Part shown: piece by piece, positions 1 to 13,340 of the stretch | Layout of the letters: each line of letters begins with the position of its first letter | Numbering within the stretch: position 1 is the first letter of the stretch | NCBI GenBank assembly: GCA_964016885.1 | Contig: OZ024742.1 | Span: 354,578,001-354,642,000 of the forward strand | Direction of reading: 5' to 3' | Origin: Eledone cirrhosa | Taxonomy: Eukaryota | Length of the DNA: 64,000 nucleotides | The notes under the pieces: generated by a model | Told to the model about the DNA's origin: nothing | What the model saw: only the letters and a program-made list of their open reading frames with translations | The model's database searches: none | Position numbers and translations under genes: made by a program

Positions 1-168
1 CAGAAGTAAATATTTCGAAAAACGTTGCAACCGAAGGACAACAAGAATACGATAATTTGGTTTGTGAATACGTTCCTTCTCAATTAACGGAAAAAAAGGG
101 AAGATAATACGTCATTATATGGAACGCTGATCATTATATGCTTATATATATAAGTGTGTGTGTATGTG

Positions 169-203
<35 letters not shown>

Positions 204-429
204 AGTATGCATGTATACGTACATACATATATGTATACAGACGTACAGTAGCATGCACATATATATATATATATACATATATACATACAGGTACACATAC
301 ATATATGCACGTATCAGTTTAGCGGCGCTAACGTCGCTTTGTTCGTTTGTAAACAAACTGAACAGCCTGAATTTATGCCATACGGTGTTAAGGCAACCAC
401 GTCACCTTTTTGTTCAACACTGACACAGG

Positions 430-474
430 AACGATGTACTAGTTTCAAGCTTGTTAGCTATCATCAGCATCGTT
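430..474 (-). ncRNA. Minimal type I hammerhead ribozyme (family A)
   Basis: Minus strand: AACGAUG-CUGAUGA-U-AGCU(AACA)AGCU-U-GAAA-CUAG-UA-CAUCGUU; 7-bp stem I, 4-bp stem II, palindromic stem III, GUA cleavage triplet. Confidence 0.88.
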
Positions 475-885
475 TACCCATCTGCCAGATAGTTGAACGT
501 TCGAAAGTATATACTTTCCTTATGAAAATTAACGGCTGAGCAGCCTAATTTGCATATTGAGTGAGTTAAATCGGTCAGGCATACCGAAAACGATAAATTG
601 AAACAAAATGAAAACGAAATTTCATTTCTCACTCTTAGTATGGCACTTACTTAAATGTAAGTATGCATGTATACGTACATACATATATGTATACAGACGT
701 ACAGTAGCATGCACATATATATATATATATACATATATACATACAGGTACACATACATATATGCACGTATCAGTTTAGCGGCGCTAACGTCGCTTTGTTC
801 GTTTGTAAACAAACTGAACAGCCTGAATTTATGCCATACGGTGTTAAGGCAACCACGTCACCTTTTTGTTCAACACTGACACAGG

Positions 886-930
886 AACGATGTACTAGTT
901 TCAAGCTTGTTAGCTATCATCAGCATCGTT
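886..930 (-). ncRNA. Minimal type I hammerhead ribozyme (family A, copy 2)
   Basis: Identical to 430-474. Confidence 0.88.
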
Positions 931-1530
931 TACCCATCTGCCAGATAGTTGAACGTTCGAAAGTATATACTTTCCTTATGAAAATTAACGGCTGAGCAGC
1001 CTAATTTGCATATTGAGTGAGTTAAATCGGTCAGGCATACCGAAAACGATAAATTGAAACAAAATGAAAACGAAATTTCATTTCTCACTCTTAGTATGGC
1101 ACTTACTTAAATGTAAGTATGCATGTATACGTATATATATATATATATATATATTTGTCCACATGTCAAAAACAACGCATCCTAAGATTTATGGCTTAAC
1201 GAACGCTTCAAACAAGAGTAGCTTTGGAAGACAGGCAGACAGTCGTTCATGCATTCATGCATATATGCACAGGACGATTTCACTGTATGAACGATAAACG
1301 TTGTCTTGTAAATAAATCAATTTTATGATGGATAACGAAACAATGAGCGATGACTACAGAATATCACGTTGAACGAACTTGGCATATATCACAAGGAATT
1401 GGGAGATATTCACACAACATCAGCGACGGGCTTACATATTGAAGCATATCTGAGGATATTTTGATTCCAGAGACAGGTTCGATTAATAATATATATTTCG
1501 TCAAGCTGAATGACAGGGAAACATATGTAA

Positions 1531-1720
1531 TCTATATATCTAAAACAGAGTCTCTGTCTGTCTGTATATCTGTATGTCTGTCTGACTCCTTAAAGCCCGA
1601 GAACCACCCGACCGATTGTTTTCAAATTTCACACATGTAATACTTATGGTGAGTGTTTTTAGCAAAAATAATTTGAAAATGGCAATGGCCTACGGACCGC
1701 ATTAGACGATTTAGCGATGT
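1531..1720 (+). mobile_element. Non-autonomous Helitron-type 5' terminus
   Basis: A|TCTATATATCTAAAA start followed by (CTGT)n and CCGATTGTTTTCAAATTTCACACA, as is typical of invertebrate non-autonomous Helitrons. Confidence 0.5.
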
Positions 1721-1858
1721 CTCTCTATAATTCTTAGTCTTTCTTTTTAGATAGATACATAGACATAACGTTGCGCCCTTATAATATCTGTATGTATGTC
1801 CGATGTCTGCATTACGACAATATGATGCTGTGTGTGTGTGTATATATATGTATATGTA

Positions 1859-1924
<66 letters not shown>

Positions 1925-1928
<4 letters not shown>

Positions 1929-2743
1929 TAAAATAACAGATTAAAATTTAAGCAAAGAATCGCTGCTTTCACCCTTAACGGGATCTTCTGAAACTAACAA
2001 AGTCAATCTGTAAACGCAGAACTGGATATTTCAAAAAACGATGCAGCCGGAGGAAGACAGGAAGACGATAAAAAAACGAATAATACGTCATTAATAGGAG
2101 CGGTGAAAAACAATTACGCGCAAAGACAACACCACGTTTATGGTATAAAAGAGGTCGTAGATTAATGTTCTCTTAGGTGGTGCATAGAGACGTTCTCAAT
2201 GAACGAAAAAACGAAGATAATAAGTCATACGTGGAGCGTGGAGAACAATAGCACGCAAAGACAAAACCACGTAAATGGTATAGCAGAAATCGTAGACTAA
2301 AATTCTAACTAGGAGACCAAATGAATCTCCGCTACAGAGTTAAGAACAAAGTAAATAAATACAATACAGAAGTAATAGGAACAAATAAATACATACACGC
2401 AAACAGATACGTACATACACAAGCATACGCAAAACCTTACCATGGGTATACAAAACCACGCACATATAAATATGTGTGTGTGTGTATGCTTGTGTACAAA
2501 TAAATAAATAATTATATAAACGTATATAAGTAAATAAATACGTATATAACAAGCGCACACGCATACCTACATATAAATACACGAATGTTCGGAGACGTAA
2601 GTCAACTAAAACAAGAAGTACACATATACACACACCCACCATACGTACGAACCTACACACTCACGCGGACGCAAAACTCCCGTATACACATAGCCAAACC
2701 CTAAATACCAGAATATGTAAAAATTATACGCTATAACAGTCAA

Positions 2744-2813
<70 letters not shown>

Positions 2814-3026
2814 ATATATTGTTATGCTTTAAGATAAAGAATCTTGCTAATCAAATTCAGAAACAAAATATATATATATATACGGTTTAACCATCGTTCA
2901 GCGTGTTTGGCCTTTAACGTATGGTGTAGCTCTGGTTCGTCAGAATTATTGAGCGCTTGCCACACATCTCGGAAGTTGTTTTTCGCTAATCCCAAAGCCG
3001 AAATACGATTCTCGCTAATTTATATG

Positions 3027-3063
<37 letters not shown>

Positions 3064-3185
3064 TGTAACGTTTTTAGAAATATTTACATCTGCCTTCATA
3101 GATTGATTCTTTTTTAGTTCCAGAAGACCCCGTTAAGAGTGAAAGCAGCGATTATTTGGTCAAACTTTAATCTGTTATTATAACA
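1925..3185. mobile_element. Composite insertion with ~70-bp inverted arms carrying HHR-like motifs with a CAGAAGA core; interior 2013-2300 related to 1-135 and 8290-8470
   Basis: 1925-1995 is approximately the reverse complement of 3115-3185; both abut (TA)n; same arms recur at 54815-54935. Confidence 0.55.
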
Positions 3186-3255
3186 TATATATATATATAT
3201 ATATTAATTAAATAATGAATAAACAAAGAAACAGTTCCTTATATTAAAAAAAATT

Positions 3256-3395
3256 CATCATTTTACGATCGTTTCTAGGATATATATGTGTTAGAGTTGG
3301 TATGCATATTCTATAGATCTATGTACACTATTTATACAAACTATCAGAGGGAATATACATAACTACACATATATATGCTGTCTTCAGAAATAATG
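3256..3395 (-). ncRNA. Type I hammerhead with ~105-nt stem II
   Basis: Inverted copy of 5341-5480 with intact CUGAAGA and GAAACGAUCGUA. Confidence 0.72.
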
Positions 3396-4025
3396 ATATT
3401 TGTTTATTGAAAAAAACAAAGATTCAATACAATAGGTCTGTTTGGGAACAGGTTTTGAATTGACCAATAGAGAGATCGGGAGGGTCAGGATAGTAATATA
3501 GTAGTAGAAGAACCGTAAATTATGGGTAGAGGAAGGTATATTTCAGTTTTAAATGGAAAAGAATATTATGAATGAAGGATTATTTTAGGGAAGAAATAGG
3601 TCTTATGCTGACCTCAGAAATAATTTTATTTTTTCATTGAATAAAACCAACAAAGATCTAATATATACTGTCTGTTTTGTAAGAGGTTTAGAATTAACCA
3701 ATAGAAAGTTATTAATTGACCAAATGGTAAAATATTAGTAAGTGAAGCTTATTTTAGGGGTGAAAATAGGTCAGGTGGTCAGTAAAATGTATACAAGCAG
3801 TTGCTGTTATAAAATAGTAATGCCAATACAAATATCTAAGGTGACTAAAGTTTTAGGGTAAGAATGTTAGTGAAAAAAATACATCTATGAAAAAATATAA
3901 ATTAATTTAATTGATGGGTATATTTATATTGATAAAATTATAATACATATAGATATGATAAGTAAGAGTTAGATGCAGTTGAAAAGTGCTGTTAAAGATG
4001 AGGGGAAATTAAAAGAATATAAAAG

Positions 4026-4065
<40 letters not shown>

Positions 4066-4141
4066 TTATATATATACATATATATACATATACATACACA
4101 TACACACACACACATACACACATACATATATATACATATAC

Positions 4142-4188
<47 letters not shown>

Positions 4189-4621
4189 GATATATACATG
4201 CATATATACATACATACACATACATATACACACACATGTACACTTAAATATACATATAATTATTGGGGGGGGATTACATTTATTAGTGAGAAATAGTAAA
4301 TATATATAGTTTTCAAGGAACATAGAGTCATAACCTGAAGTTAAAGCATTATATATGTTTACTTAATGGTATCAGTTTTAGGAAATTATATTTGTAAGAA
4401 GGAAAGCAAAATTATGTAGTTCATCAGTAGTAGAATATTAATTATAGGTTAACTAAATTAAAAATAGTTTATATATTAATTTCAAAAGTGTATATTAATT
4501 AGGTTTATAATTTTTAAAGCAGAATCATGTAGTTCATCAGTAGTAGAATATTAATTATAGGTTGACTGAATTAAAAATAATTTATATATTAATTTCTAAA
4601 GTGTATATTAATTAGCTTTAT

Positions 4622-5099
4622 AATATTTACAGGTTTTACTCAGTTTATGATTACACGATATTATTAATTCCTGTCGCTTATTTAATACGATATCCTTAGA
4701 TTTCATTACTTCAAAAAGTTCTTGGGAACATAATCTACATTCATTTCTACTATTTTGATAAGGGGTGGCCCTTTTGAGCACACTCCAGGTCAGGTCATAT
4801 TCTATATTCCTCTTTCTATAACTATTTATTATTTAGGCTAGAGATGTTGTATTAGCTAGTGCGGCATTTTCAAAACTATGTTTGTGGGTATTGAATCTCA
4901 CCTTAAATTTGTTAGAGGTAGCTCCTATATATGAATAAATTGAGTCCTTAGTGTTAACTTTACATTTATATACTATGTTATTAACAAGGCAACTTCCTTT
5001 TAATGGACAGTTTGCTTTGTTTCTACAGTTACAACTTTTCGTGAATCCTGTATCTGAGGAGATATTATGGTTAGTTTGATGTACTGGTGGTACACTCAT
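4622..5099 (-). pseudogene. Penelope-type GIY-YIG endonuclease, interrupted by a stop
   Basis: CNCRNKANCPLKGSC-NIVYKC-YIGATSNKFKVRFNTHKHSF; after the stop at 4833 continues WSVLKRATPY..CRLC..LNKRQELIISCNH. Confidence 0.88.
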
Positions 5100-5340
5100 G
5101 GTTTTTTTACATATATTTCTGAGGTCAGCATAATACCTATTTCTTCCCTAAAATAATCCTTCATTCATAATATTTTTTTCCATCCAAAACTGAAATCTAC
5201 CTTCGTCTACCCATAATTTAAGGTTCTTCTACTACTATATTACTATCCTGACCCTCACTATCTCTCTATTGGTAAATTCAAAACCTGTTCCCAAACATAC
5301 CTATTGTATTGAATCTGTGTTTTTTTCAATAAACAAATAT

Positions 5341-5480
5341 CATTATTTCTGAAGACAGCATATATATGTGTAGGTATGTATATTCCCTCTGATAGTTTGT
5401 TTAAATATTGTACGTAGATCTATAGAATATGCATACCAACTCTAACACGTATATATCCTAGAAACGATCGTAAAATGATG
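5341..5480 (+). ncRNA. Type I hammerhead with ~105-nt stem II
   Basis: CAUUAUUU-CUGAAGA-[long imperfect hairpin, e.g. GUAUGUAUAUUC/GAAUAUGCAUAC]-GAAA-CGAUCG-UA-AAAUGAUG; 8-bp stem I. Confidence 0.72.
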
Positions 5481-5849
5481 AATTTTTTAAAATATCAGGA
5501 ACTGTTTCTTTTTTTATTCATTATTTTCTTAATTTACCTTGACTCTGTTTTCCGTTTATTTTTCACCTAAAGTAGTTTTTGAATGCATCTTCTCTTTTCA
5601 TGATATCCCGATTACATTGAGTTCTTCATACGGATTGGACACTACCGTAAACTTTTGGTAGATTTATCTACATATATATATATATATATATATATTGTTA
5701 TACTTTGGGAGGTTCATGTTGCCAATAAGAAACACACGCACCAGTTGCTTTCACTTCAATTTATTATATATTTATGAATTTACAAATTTATAAATTTTTA
5801 AATTTCTGGTTGGTTGGTTGGTTCCACAACCAGATAGTTGTTTATATAT

Positions 5850-5894
5850 AGTCATAGTCCTTTCGTCACACACTCTGTGACCTCTTCAGTGACT
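5850..5894 (-). ncRNA. Minimal type I hammerhead ribozyme (pLTR)
   Basis: Inverted copy of 6003-6047. Confidence 0.78.
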
Positions 5895-6002
5895 GGGGAT
5901 TCCTTTCTTTGTCTCCGTGCTTCTCCTTTGTTCTGTCCTACGCCATTTTGTTTCTGAGAAACAAAATGGCGTAGGAATCCCCAGACAAAGAAAGGAATCC
6001 CC

Positions 6003-6047
6003 AGTCACTGAAGAGGTCACATAGTGTGTGACGAAAGGACTATGACT
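6003..6047 (+). ncRNA. Minimal type I hammerhead ribozyme (pLTR)
   Basis: AGUCA-CUGAAGA-G-GUCAC(7 nt)GUGAC-GAAA-GGAC-UA-UGACU. Confidence 0.78.
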
Positions 6048-6261
6048 ATATATAAACAACTATCTGGTTGTGGAACCAACCAACCAACCAGAAATTTATA
6101 AATTTATAAATTTGTAAATTTATAAATATATAATAAATTGAAGTGAACACAATTGGTGCGTGTGTTTCTTATTGGCAACATGACCCTCCCAAAGTATAAC
6201 AATATCGGTTTCAACACACGATTTCAGATAAAGAATCTTGCTAAACAAATTCAGAAACGAA

Positions 6262-6344
<83 letters not shown>

Positions 6345-6387
6345 TATATATATATACACACACATATATATCTATATATATGTATAC

Positions 6388-7352
6388 AATAATAAAGTAA
6401 ATGTCCTGTCACCAGAAATAGCAGCAGTCCAAACGGCCAATTGTTATCTCAACCTTAGGGTAGATTAATAATAATAAAGTGTGTGTTCCTACGTGGAAAA
6501 AATACATATATGTATACATGTATTATCCAACCGTTTGCCAATTTGGTTCTATGGTGAGTTAATAAATTAACAAGCCAGAACATATAAAATACAGGTCTAG
6601 CAAATACAGAAAAGTTTAAAATAAATTTTAAAAAATTCGCTGTACTTACTATATATGCCTTTACTGCGGTTTCAAGTTATACAATAAACGGATAATCCAA
6701 GCGGAATTTCATTGAGATGGGAACTATCTTCAGAAGGATCATCTCACTCGGAGAATATAAAATTACCCAGTATAAATCACAAACTGACGCCATACAAAAC
6801 CATTCGTAGATGAGAGTGAATGATGAAACAAATAATTATGTCTGGTGCCGTGTGTAAAGACAAAAGGCAGAGTGGACAGGTCAATGCAGCAGTCCAAATG
6901 GCCGAGTGTTATCCCAACCTTAGTGGATATGAATCATAATAAAGTAAGTGCTCCTACGTGTAAAAAATACATATAGCGTTATAAGTATTATCCAACCGTA
7001 TGCCGATGTGGTTCCATGGCGGGTTAATAAATTAACAAGTCTGAACATATATAATCCAGGTCTAGCAAATAGAGAACAAGTTTTAAAATAAGTTTTAAAA
7101 AATTCGGTGTATTTTCTATATGTGCCTTCTCAATGGAAATCCGCTTGGATTATCCGTTTATTTTGGAACTTGAAACCGCGGTAAAGGCACATATAGTAAG
7201 CCTTCCGAAGATAGTTCCCTTCTAAATGGGGATCCGCTTGGATTATCCGTTTATTTGGAACTTGCAACTACGGTAAAGGCACATATATTAAGTACAGCAA
7301 TTTTTTTTAAATTCATCTTAAAACTTTTCTCTATTTGCTAGATATGGATTTT
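6388..7352. mobile_element. HHR-bearing partial tandem (~470-bp offset) with inverted terminal copies
   Basis: 6420-6660 repeats at 6886-7128; 7130-7350 holds inverted copies of 6590-6737; homologous to 15720-16020. Confidence 0.7.
6658..6737 (-). ncRNA. Type I hammerhead with long stem II loop
   Basis: CCUU-CUGAAGA-U-AGUU...AACU-U-GAAA-CCGCAG-UA-AAGG; degenerate inverted copies at 7160-7190 and 7200-7280. Confidence 0.65.
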
Positions 7353-7377
7353 ATATATATACCTATATATATATACG

Positions 7378-7783
<406 letters not shown>

Positions 7784-7884
7784 CTCCAGTCCTACAAACT
7801 GTAGAGTGCTTCTTATCCGATATCTGCATTGCTTTATTGTACTACAATAAAACTCACCTCCTACATATATATATATATATATGT

Positions 7885-8095
7885 ATAGGAACGAGTAGGA
7901 CGCCGACGGCTGCGCTCAAGCCGTTTCGAGGGCGGGCTATTTCTGTCCAGAATTAGCCGCCGAAACGGCTTGAGCTCAACTGTCGTTCCTATTACCCACT
8001 CTACTCGTTCCTATTACCCACTCTACTGCCCTAGGTATTGAGTACTTTGGTGCGTTATGGTTCATCTGGTTCCTTACAACATTTCCTTCGTCATA
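7885..8095. repeat. Unclassified short interspersed repeat (family B); other copies 14180-14270, 26275-26413, 32460-32600, 38315-38355
   Basis: Shared CAGAATTAGCCGTCGAAACGGCTTGAGCTC and CCTATTACCCACTCTAC...GGTTCCTTACCACATTTCCTTCGT ending in (TA)n. Confidence 0.8.
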
Positions 8096-8689
8096 TATAT
8101 ATATACTATATAAATTTGAAGTAGTCGGATAAACGTGGAAACAGCGTGGTGGAATGCAGCGAAAATGTACACAGTTGTGTAGAATGACCCGAGGAGGCGT
8201 TGGGTCGACTTTCAAGCTACAATTTCCATGGTTATGGAGAAAATCGTTGAAACAGGAATTTCCCATTCAAAGTGAACTATGAGTAATCTGTGAACGCAGA
8301 ATTAAATATTTCGAGAAACGTTGCAACCGAAGGAAATCAGGAAGACGATATTTTGGTTCGTGAAGACGTTCCCTGGTAATAAACGGAAAAAAAGCGAGGA
8401 TAATACGTTGTTATGTGGAGCGTGAAGAACAATTTCATGCAAATACAAGACCAATTTTATGGTATAAGAATGATGTAAATAAAATTGGAAACGAAAATGA
8501 CAGAGGTTATTAAAATAATAGAAGTAAATAGTGAAGATTTAGGCCAGTTCATACGTATGCCCCGACGGACATACACATACATACGCACACACAAATACAT
8601 ACACACACACAAATACACACACACACATACACACATACACACACACGCACGCACGCGAGCGCGCGCGTATAATTGAACCTTGTGCATTA

Positions 8690-9104
8690 TTACAGTTTTT
8701 TCACCAAACTTAAGTCATAGGATATTTATGTACTCCGGATGGTGATGGGCACTTTCATTTTTCCAGATATTGATTATAGAGCCTCCCGGCAGATAACCCC
8801 CTTTCACCCCTTCCTTGGAGTCGACTGAAGCACTGCAGTGCAATGCAACACAACGTCATAACTTCTGGAATTCGCAACCAATTTTCACAAAACTTGACAC
8901 ATGGGCTACGTTTGTCCTACAGAAGAATCTGAACTCTCAGAATTGGCTCATATTGAGTACGGGACCCCTGGGGACAGGAACCTCCTTTTGGAAAAAGCCG
9001 ATGATTTTGTAAAGGTATAATTTTCGAAGCAGCACTGAAGTTTTGACATTAATGGTATACATAACTGCTATTTAATACCCGAGCAACGGTGGGTACTTCT
9101 GCTA

Positions 9105-9105
<1 letters not shown>
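8690..9105 (+). mobile_element. Non-autonomous Helitron-type 3' portion
   Basis: Imperfect subterminal hairpin ACCCGAGCAACGGTGGGT then CTAG|T at 9102-9106; second terminus CCCGAGCAACGCCTGGC...CTAG|T at 9318-9322. Confidence 0.6.
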
Positions 9106-9184
<79 letters not shown>

Positions 9185-9378
9185 GTGTACAGATATTTTT
9201 GCATACACAATAACTTATTAGAAGAAACGTATTCATTTCACGAGGCTCGATAAGGATAAATATATATCAAATATATAAGTACCTAGAGCAAATCCCGAGC
9301 AACGCCTGGCAATTCTTCTAGTATGTTATTAAATATGTTATGATGCAACACTGACTGTTTGTTCCTTTATTCTTATAC

Positions 9379-9431
<53 letters not shown>

Positions 9432-9537
9432 CTGTGTATTTATGTGCATACATTCATAATTTGTGCAGTTATCTCTCAATTCCCATCCTTCTCTCTCCCT
9501 TTCTCTCACCATATTCCTATCCCCTCTCCCCTTATCT

Positions 9538-9778
<241 letters not shown>

Positions 9779-9959
9779 AGAGAAAGTGAGACAGAGAGAG
9801 AAGGGGAGAGGGGAGAGAGGGAGAAATAGACGGGGATAGGAAGATGGTGAAAATAAACCACTACTGAACACGAAAAAATGAATTAACACTCGGAGGTAAA
9901 ATTCCATTTCCTCTCTTCTTATGTATACACATGAATATCTGAGTAAATGGTGAGACACA

Positions 9960-10027
9960 CACATATATGTGTGTAGGGATGTATGGATGTATGTACGTGT
10001 GGGTATATATGTATGTGGGTGTGTGTA

Positions 10028-10066
<39 letters not shown>

Positions 10067-10091
10067 GTATGGATGTGTGTATGTTTGTATG

Positions 10092-10122
<31 letters not shown>

Positions 10123-10124
10123 GA

Positions 10125-10188
<64 letters not shown>

Positions 10189-10217
10189 ATGTGTGTATAT
10201 ATGTGTATGTTTGTATA

Positions 10218-10266
<49 letters not shown>

Positions 10267-10537
10267 ATAGATATGTATGTTTATGTGTGTGTGTATGTAT
10301 GTGTATGTACCTATATATATGCGTGTATGTGTGTATGTGTATATGTATATATGCGTGTACATATGTGTATCTTTCTGTTTATGTATATGTATGTGTGTGT
10401 GTGTGTGTGTATGCCTCTCTCTTTATATGTGTATATATGTATATTTAGTTATGTATATTTATGTGTGTATATGCATGTATATGTATGTATGTATATGTAC
10501 GTATATATGTATATATATATATATATATATGTGTGTG

Positions 10538-10568
<31 letters not shown>

Positions 10569-10589
10569 ATGTGTGTGTATGTGTATATG

Positions 10590-10624
<35 letters not shown>

Positions 10625-10830
10625 ATATGTATATATATGTATACCCATGTGGAGGTATGAGTACATATTCGTGTGTGTACGTATGTGTATGTGTGTTTTT
10701 ATATGTGTCCCTATATGTTTTTGTGTATGTATGTGGATGTATTTGTACATGGGTGTGTGATTGATGGTGTGTGCCTATATATTCCTACATATGCCCGTGT
10801 GTGTATGTACGTGTATGCGCACATATGTGT
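9960..10830. repeat. Compound (TA)n/(TG)n microsatellite field
   Basis: Direct inspection; similar fields occur throughout the window. Confidence 0.95.
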
Positions 10831-11401
10831 GTGTTGAACAAAGGACTAACTTAGGGATGGACGTAGAAAAATTCTTTAGGAAAGAAAAAAAGAAAAAAAT
10901 AATTATTCACAAACTTGACAGCTGCGATTTGCCTGTGACCATTCTCAACACAATAGCAATACTAAAAGCTTTTTCCCCTGAATAAAGGAATTTTTCGAGA
11001 ATGACCGGGGCAGTCCGCACTTGCTACATTTCTCCCCACCCAACCCTACTCACCGTCTCAACTTATTACTGCTATGAACACTTTTTCAACACACCTACAC
11101 ACATGCACTTATTAAAGGGGGAGAAAAGAAACCCCCACCACACCACAGACATGTTAAATCCCTATATATAGAACAACACACCACATACACATCAGTTTGA
11201 CAAGCGCACCTCAGCGTGAAAGGTCTTTCTAAAAACGAAACAATACCTCCTACGTTAACCAAGAACTCCTAAGACCTAACCAACAACCAACAACTTAAAT
11301 TATAAAATACATTTTTTTTAAGAAAAATTCTTTTTGGATTTTGTGAAGAAAATAAATTTGTTGAGGAGCACAAGTGAAGCCATTTTTTCTTCCCCCCTGT
11401 C

Positions 11402-11472
<71 letters not shown>

Positions 11473-11548
11473 GCATATATACACATATATATATATATGT
11501 TTATATATATATATATACATATATATATTTATATTTATATATATATAT

Positions 11549-11650
<102 letters not shown>

Positions 11651-12487
11651 ACATAGATAGATAAATAGATATATACATACATATTTATATATATATACTT
11701 ATATATATACATATATATGTACGTGTGTGTGAATGTGTGTGTGTCAAGGAGACTTTACGTGCAGACGAGTATACGTTCGTGAAGGTTCAAATGCATTTGG
11801 CACCCATTTTTTACGTAACTGAAAAGGCGCTGCAGTCATGTAACCAGCGTCAGCGAGGAAGGAGTTCAGAATAATCTGTTGGTAGAGAATGTGGAGATAA
11901 ACTGTGTATGTGTGTGTATGTGTGCGGCTGTGGCTGAGCGTATGTTTTGAATAAGTATGGTCTTACACTCATTATAGTTTCATATTCTGAATTATTCATG
12001 CGAAACTATGTTCAGAGGAGAGGAAAAGCGTATAGCATTGGCAATATGAAACGTGTAGTCAGCGTGCATTATTGCTAAATCAAGCGATTGTTTTTTACCG
12101 TTTAAAGCTATTTGGTCGCCAGGGAGAGTTCTTTGAGTGAGAAATCTTGTAATTATTAGGCATTGTCGGCTTTCGAGGCGGAGATTTCTTCATACAGCCG
12201 GAAAGAAAGAATAGACTAAATCGAAGATGCTTACTATCTGATCAACTGTTTTTGTTGAATGCCGAGTTTGTTTACAGATCGAATGTTACGTTCGCTATTG
12301 GTTCACGCTTTTAAAGATGTATATATTTATGTGTGTATCTATGTATGTATGAATGTAACTATGTATGTATGGAAACATGTATTAACTTGTATATGAATAT
12401 GCATGTAAGAAATTATATGTCTATTTGGAAAGAAATGTATTTTCGAAAATATCTATATATTGATCTCTCTCTCTCTATTTATATATA

Positions 12488-12607
<120 letters not shown>

Positions 12608-12659
12608 TTATGTATATAATTATATTTCGCAAACATATCTCTCTCCCCCAATCTGTCCA

Positions 12660-12744
<85 letters not shown>

Positions 12745-12821
12745 GTGTGTATGTTTGTGTGTTTAAGCATATGTAGCATATGTATCTATGTTTGAATGTA
12801 TATGTAGCATATATATCTATG

Positions 12822-12863
<42 letters not shown>

Positions 12864-13161
12864 TGGTAATATGTTGTATGTTGATATACTAGAGGTCATG
12901 CGTTTTGACGAATTTTTTAATTTGCTTCATGAACACATTGTACCGCATTCGATACTGCTCAGATTGTGTTGTACATTTTATAGTAGGGACGGTCGTAAAC
13001 GTAGTAACTGTAAAAAAGAATCTAACTTATTTTTAATCGCTGAATGCTCTTTGCGCTCGAGGACACAACCAAAAATTCACTATCAAACATTTGAAAACAA
13101 AATAGACATAGAAATAAGTCTCATATTAAAAAATTTAAATCGCGGAGATTGTCACTTAGAA

Positions 13162-13340
13162 TGTTTCTGCTTTTGGCACAAGGACAGCAAATATCCCAGT
13201 GTATTACTGGTACTTTATTCTATCGACCCAGTAATGATGAAAGGCAAAGTTAACCTCGGCGGGATTTGAAGTCAGATCATAAAAGTCCGTAACTCTATGC
13301 GGCAAAGCATGGCGTCCGACCCTCTACCGATTCTGGCATT
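13162..13340 (-). mobile_element. tRNA-derived SINE with Nin/Deu-like central domain
   Basis: Reverse complement of the consensus seen at 29300-29492. Confidence 0.85.

Larger units (their letters stand above)
201..1132 (-). repeat. Tandem repeat, 456-bp unit (2 copies plus start of a third), one hammerhead per unit; retrozyme-like family A
   Basis: GTAAGTATGCATGTATACGT recurs at 201, 657 and 1113; duplicated ORFs 211/667 and 339/795 are offset by 456; the unit contains an internal (TA)n. Confidence 0.9.
3205..5525 (-). mobile_element. 5'-truncated Penelope-like element with inverted terminal (pLTR) copy
   Basis: GIY-YIG remnant on the minus strand; ~3210-3625 is the reverse complement of ~5115-5525; HHR in both arms. 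Confidence 0.85.
5695..6265. mobile_element. Palindromic solo pLTR pair of a Penelope-like family, between (TA)n tracts
   Basis: 5695-5955 is the reverse complement of ~5958-6203; the right arm ends in the ORF start MTLPKYNNIGFNTRFQIK, homologous to 18874 and to 51318-51620. Confidence 0.85.

Noticed and set aside
339-539. Repeated 66-aa ORF (MFVCKQ...KING) in family A
   Set aside because: Non-ATG start, antisense to the ribozyme, no recognisable domain; recurs only because the DNA is repeated
4400-4630. Duplicated CTGATGA motifs on the minus strand in a ~110-bp repeat
   Set aside because: No correctly placed GAAA/stem III or stem I partner found
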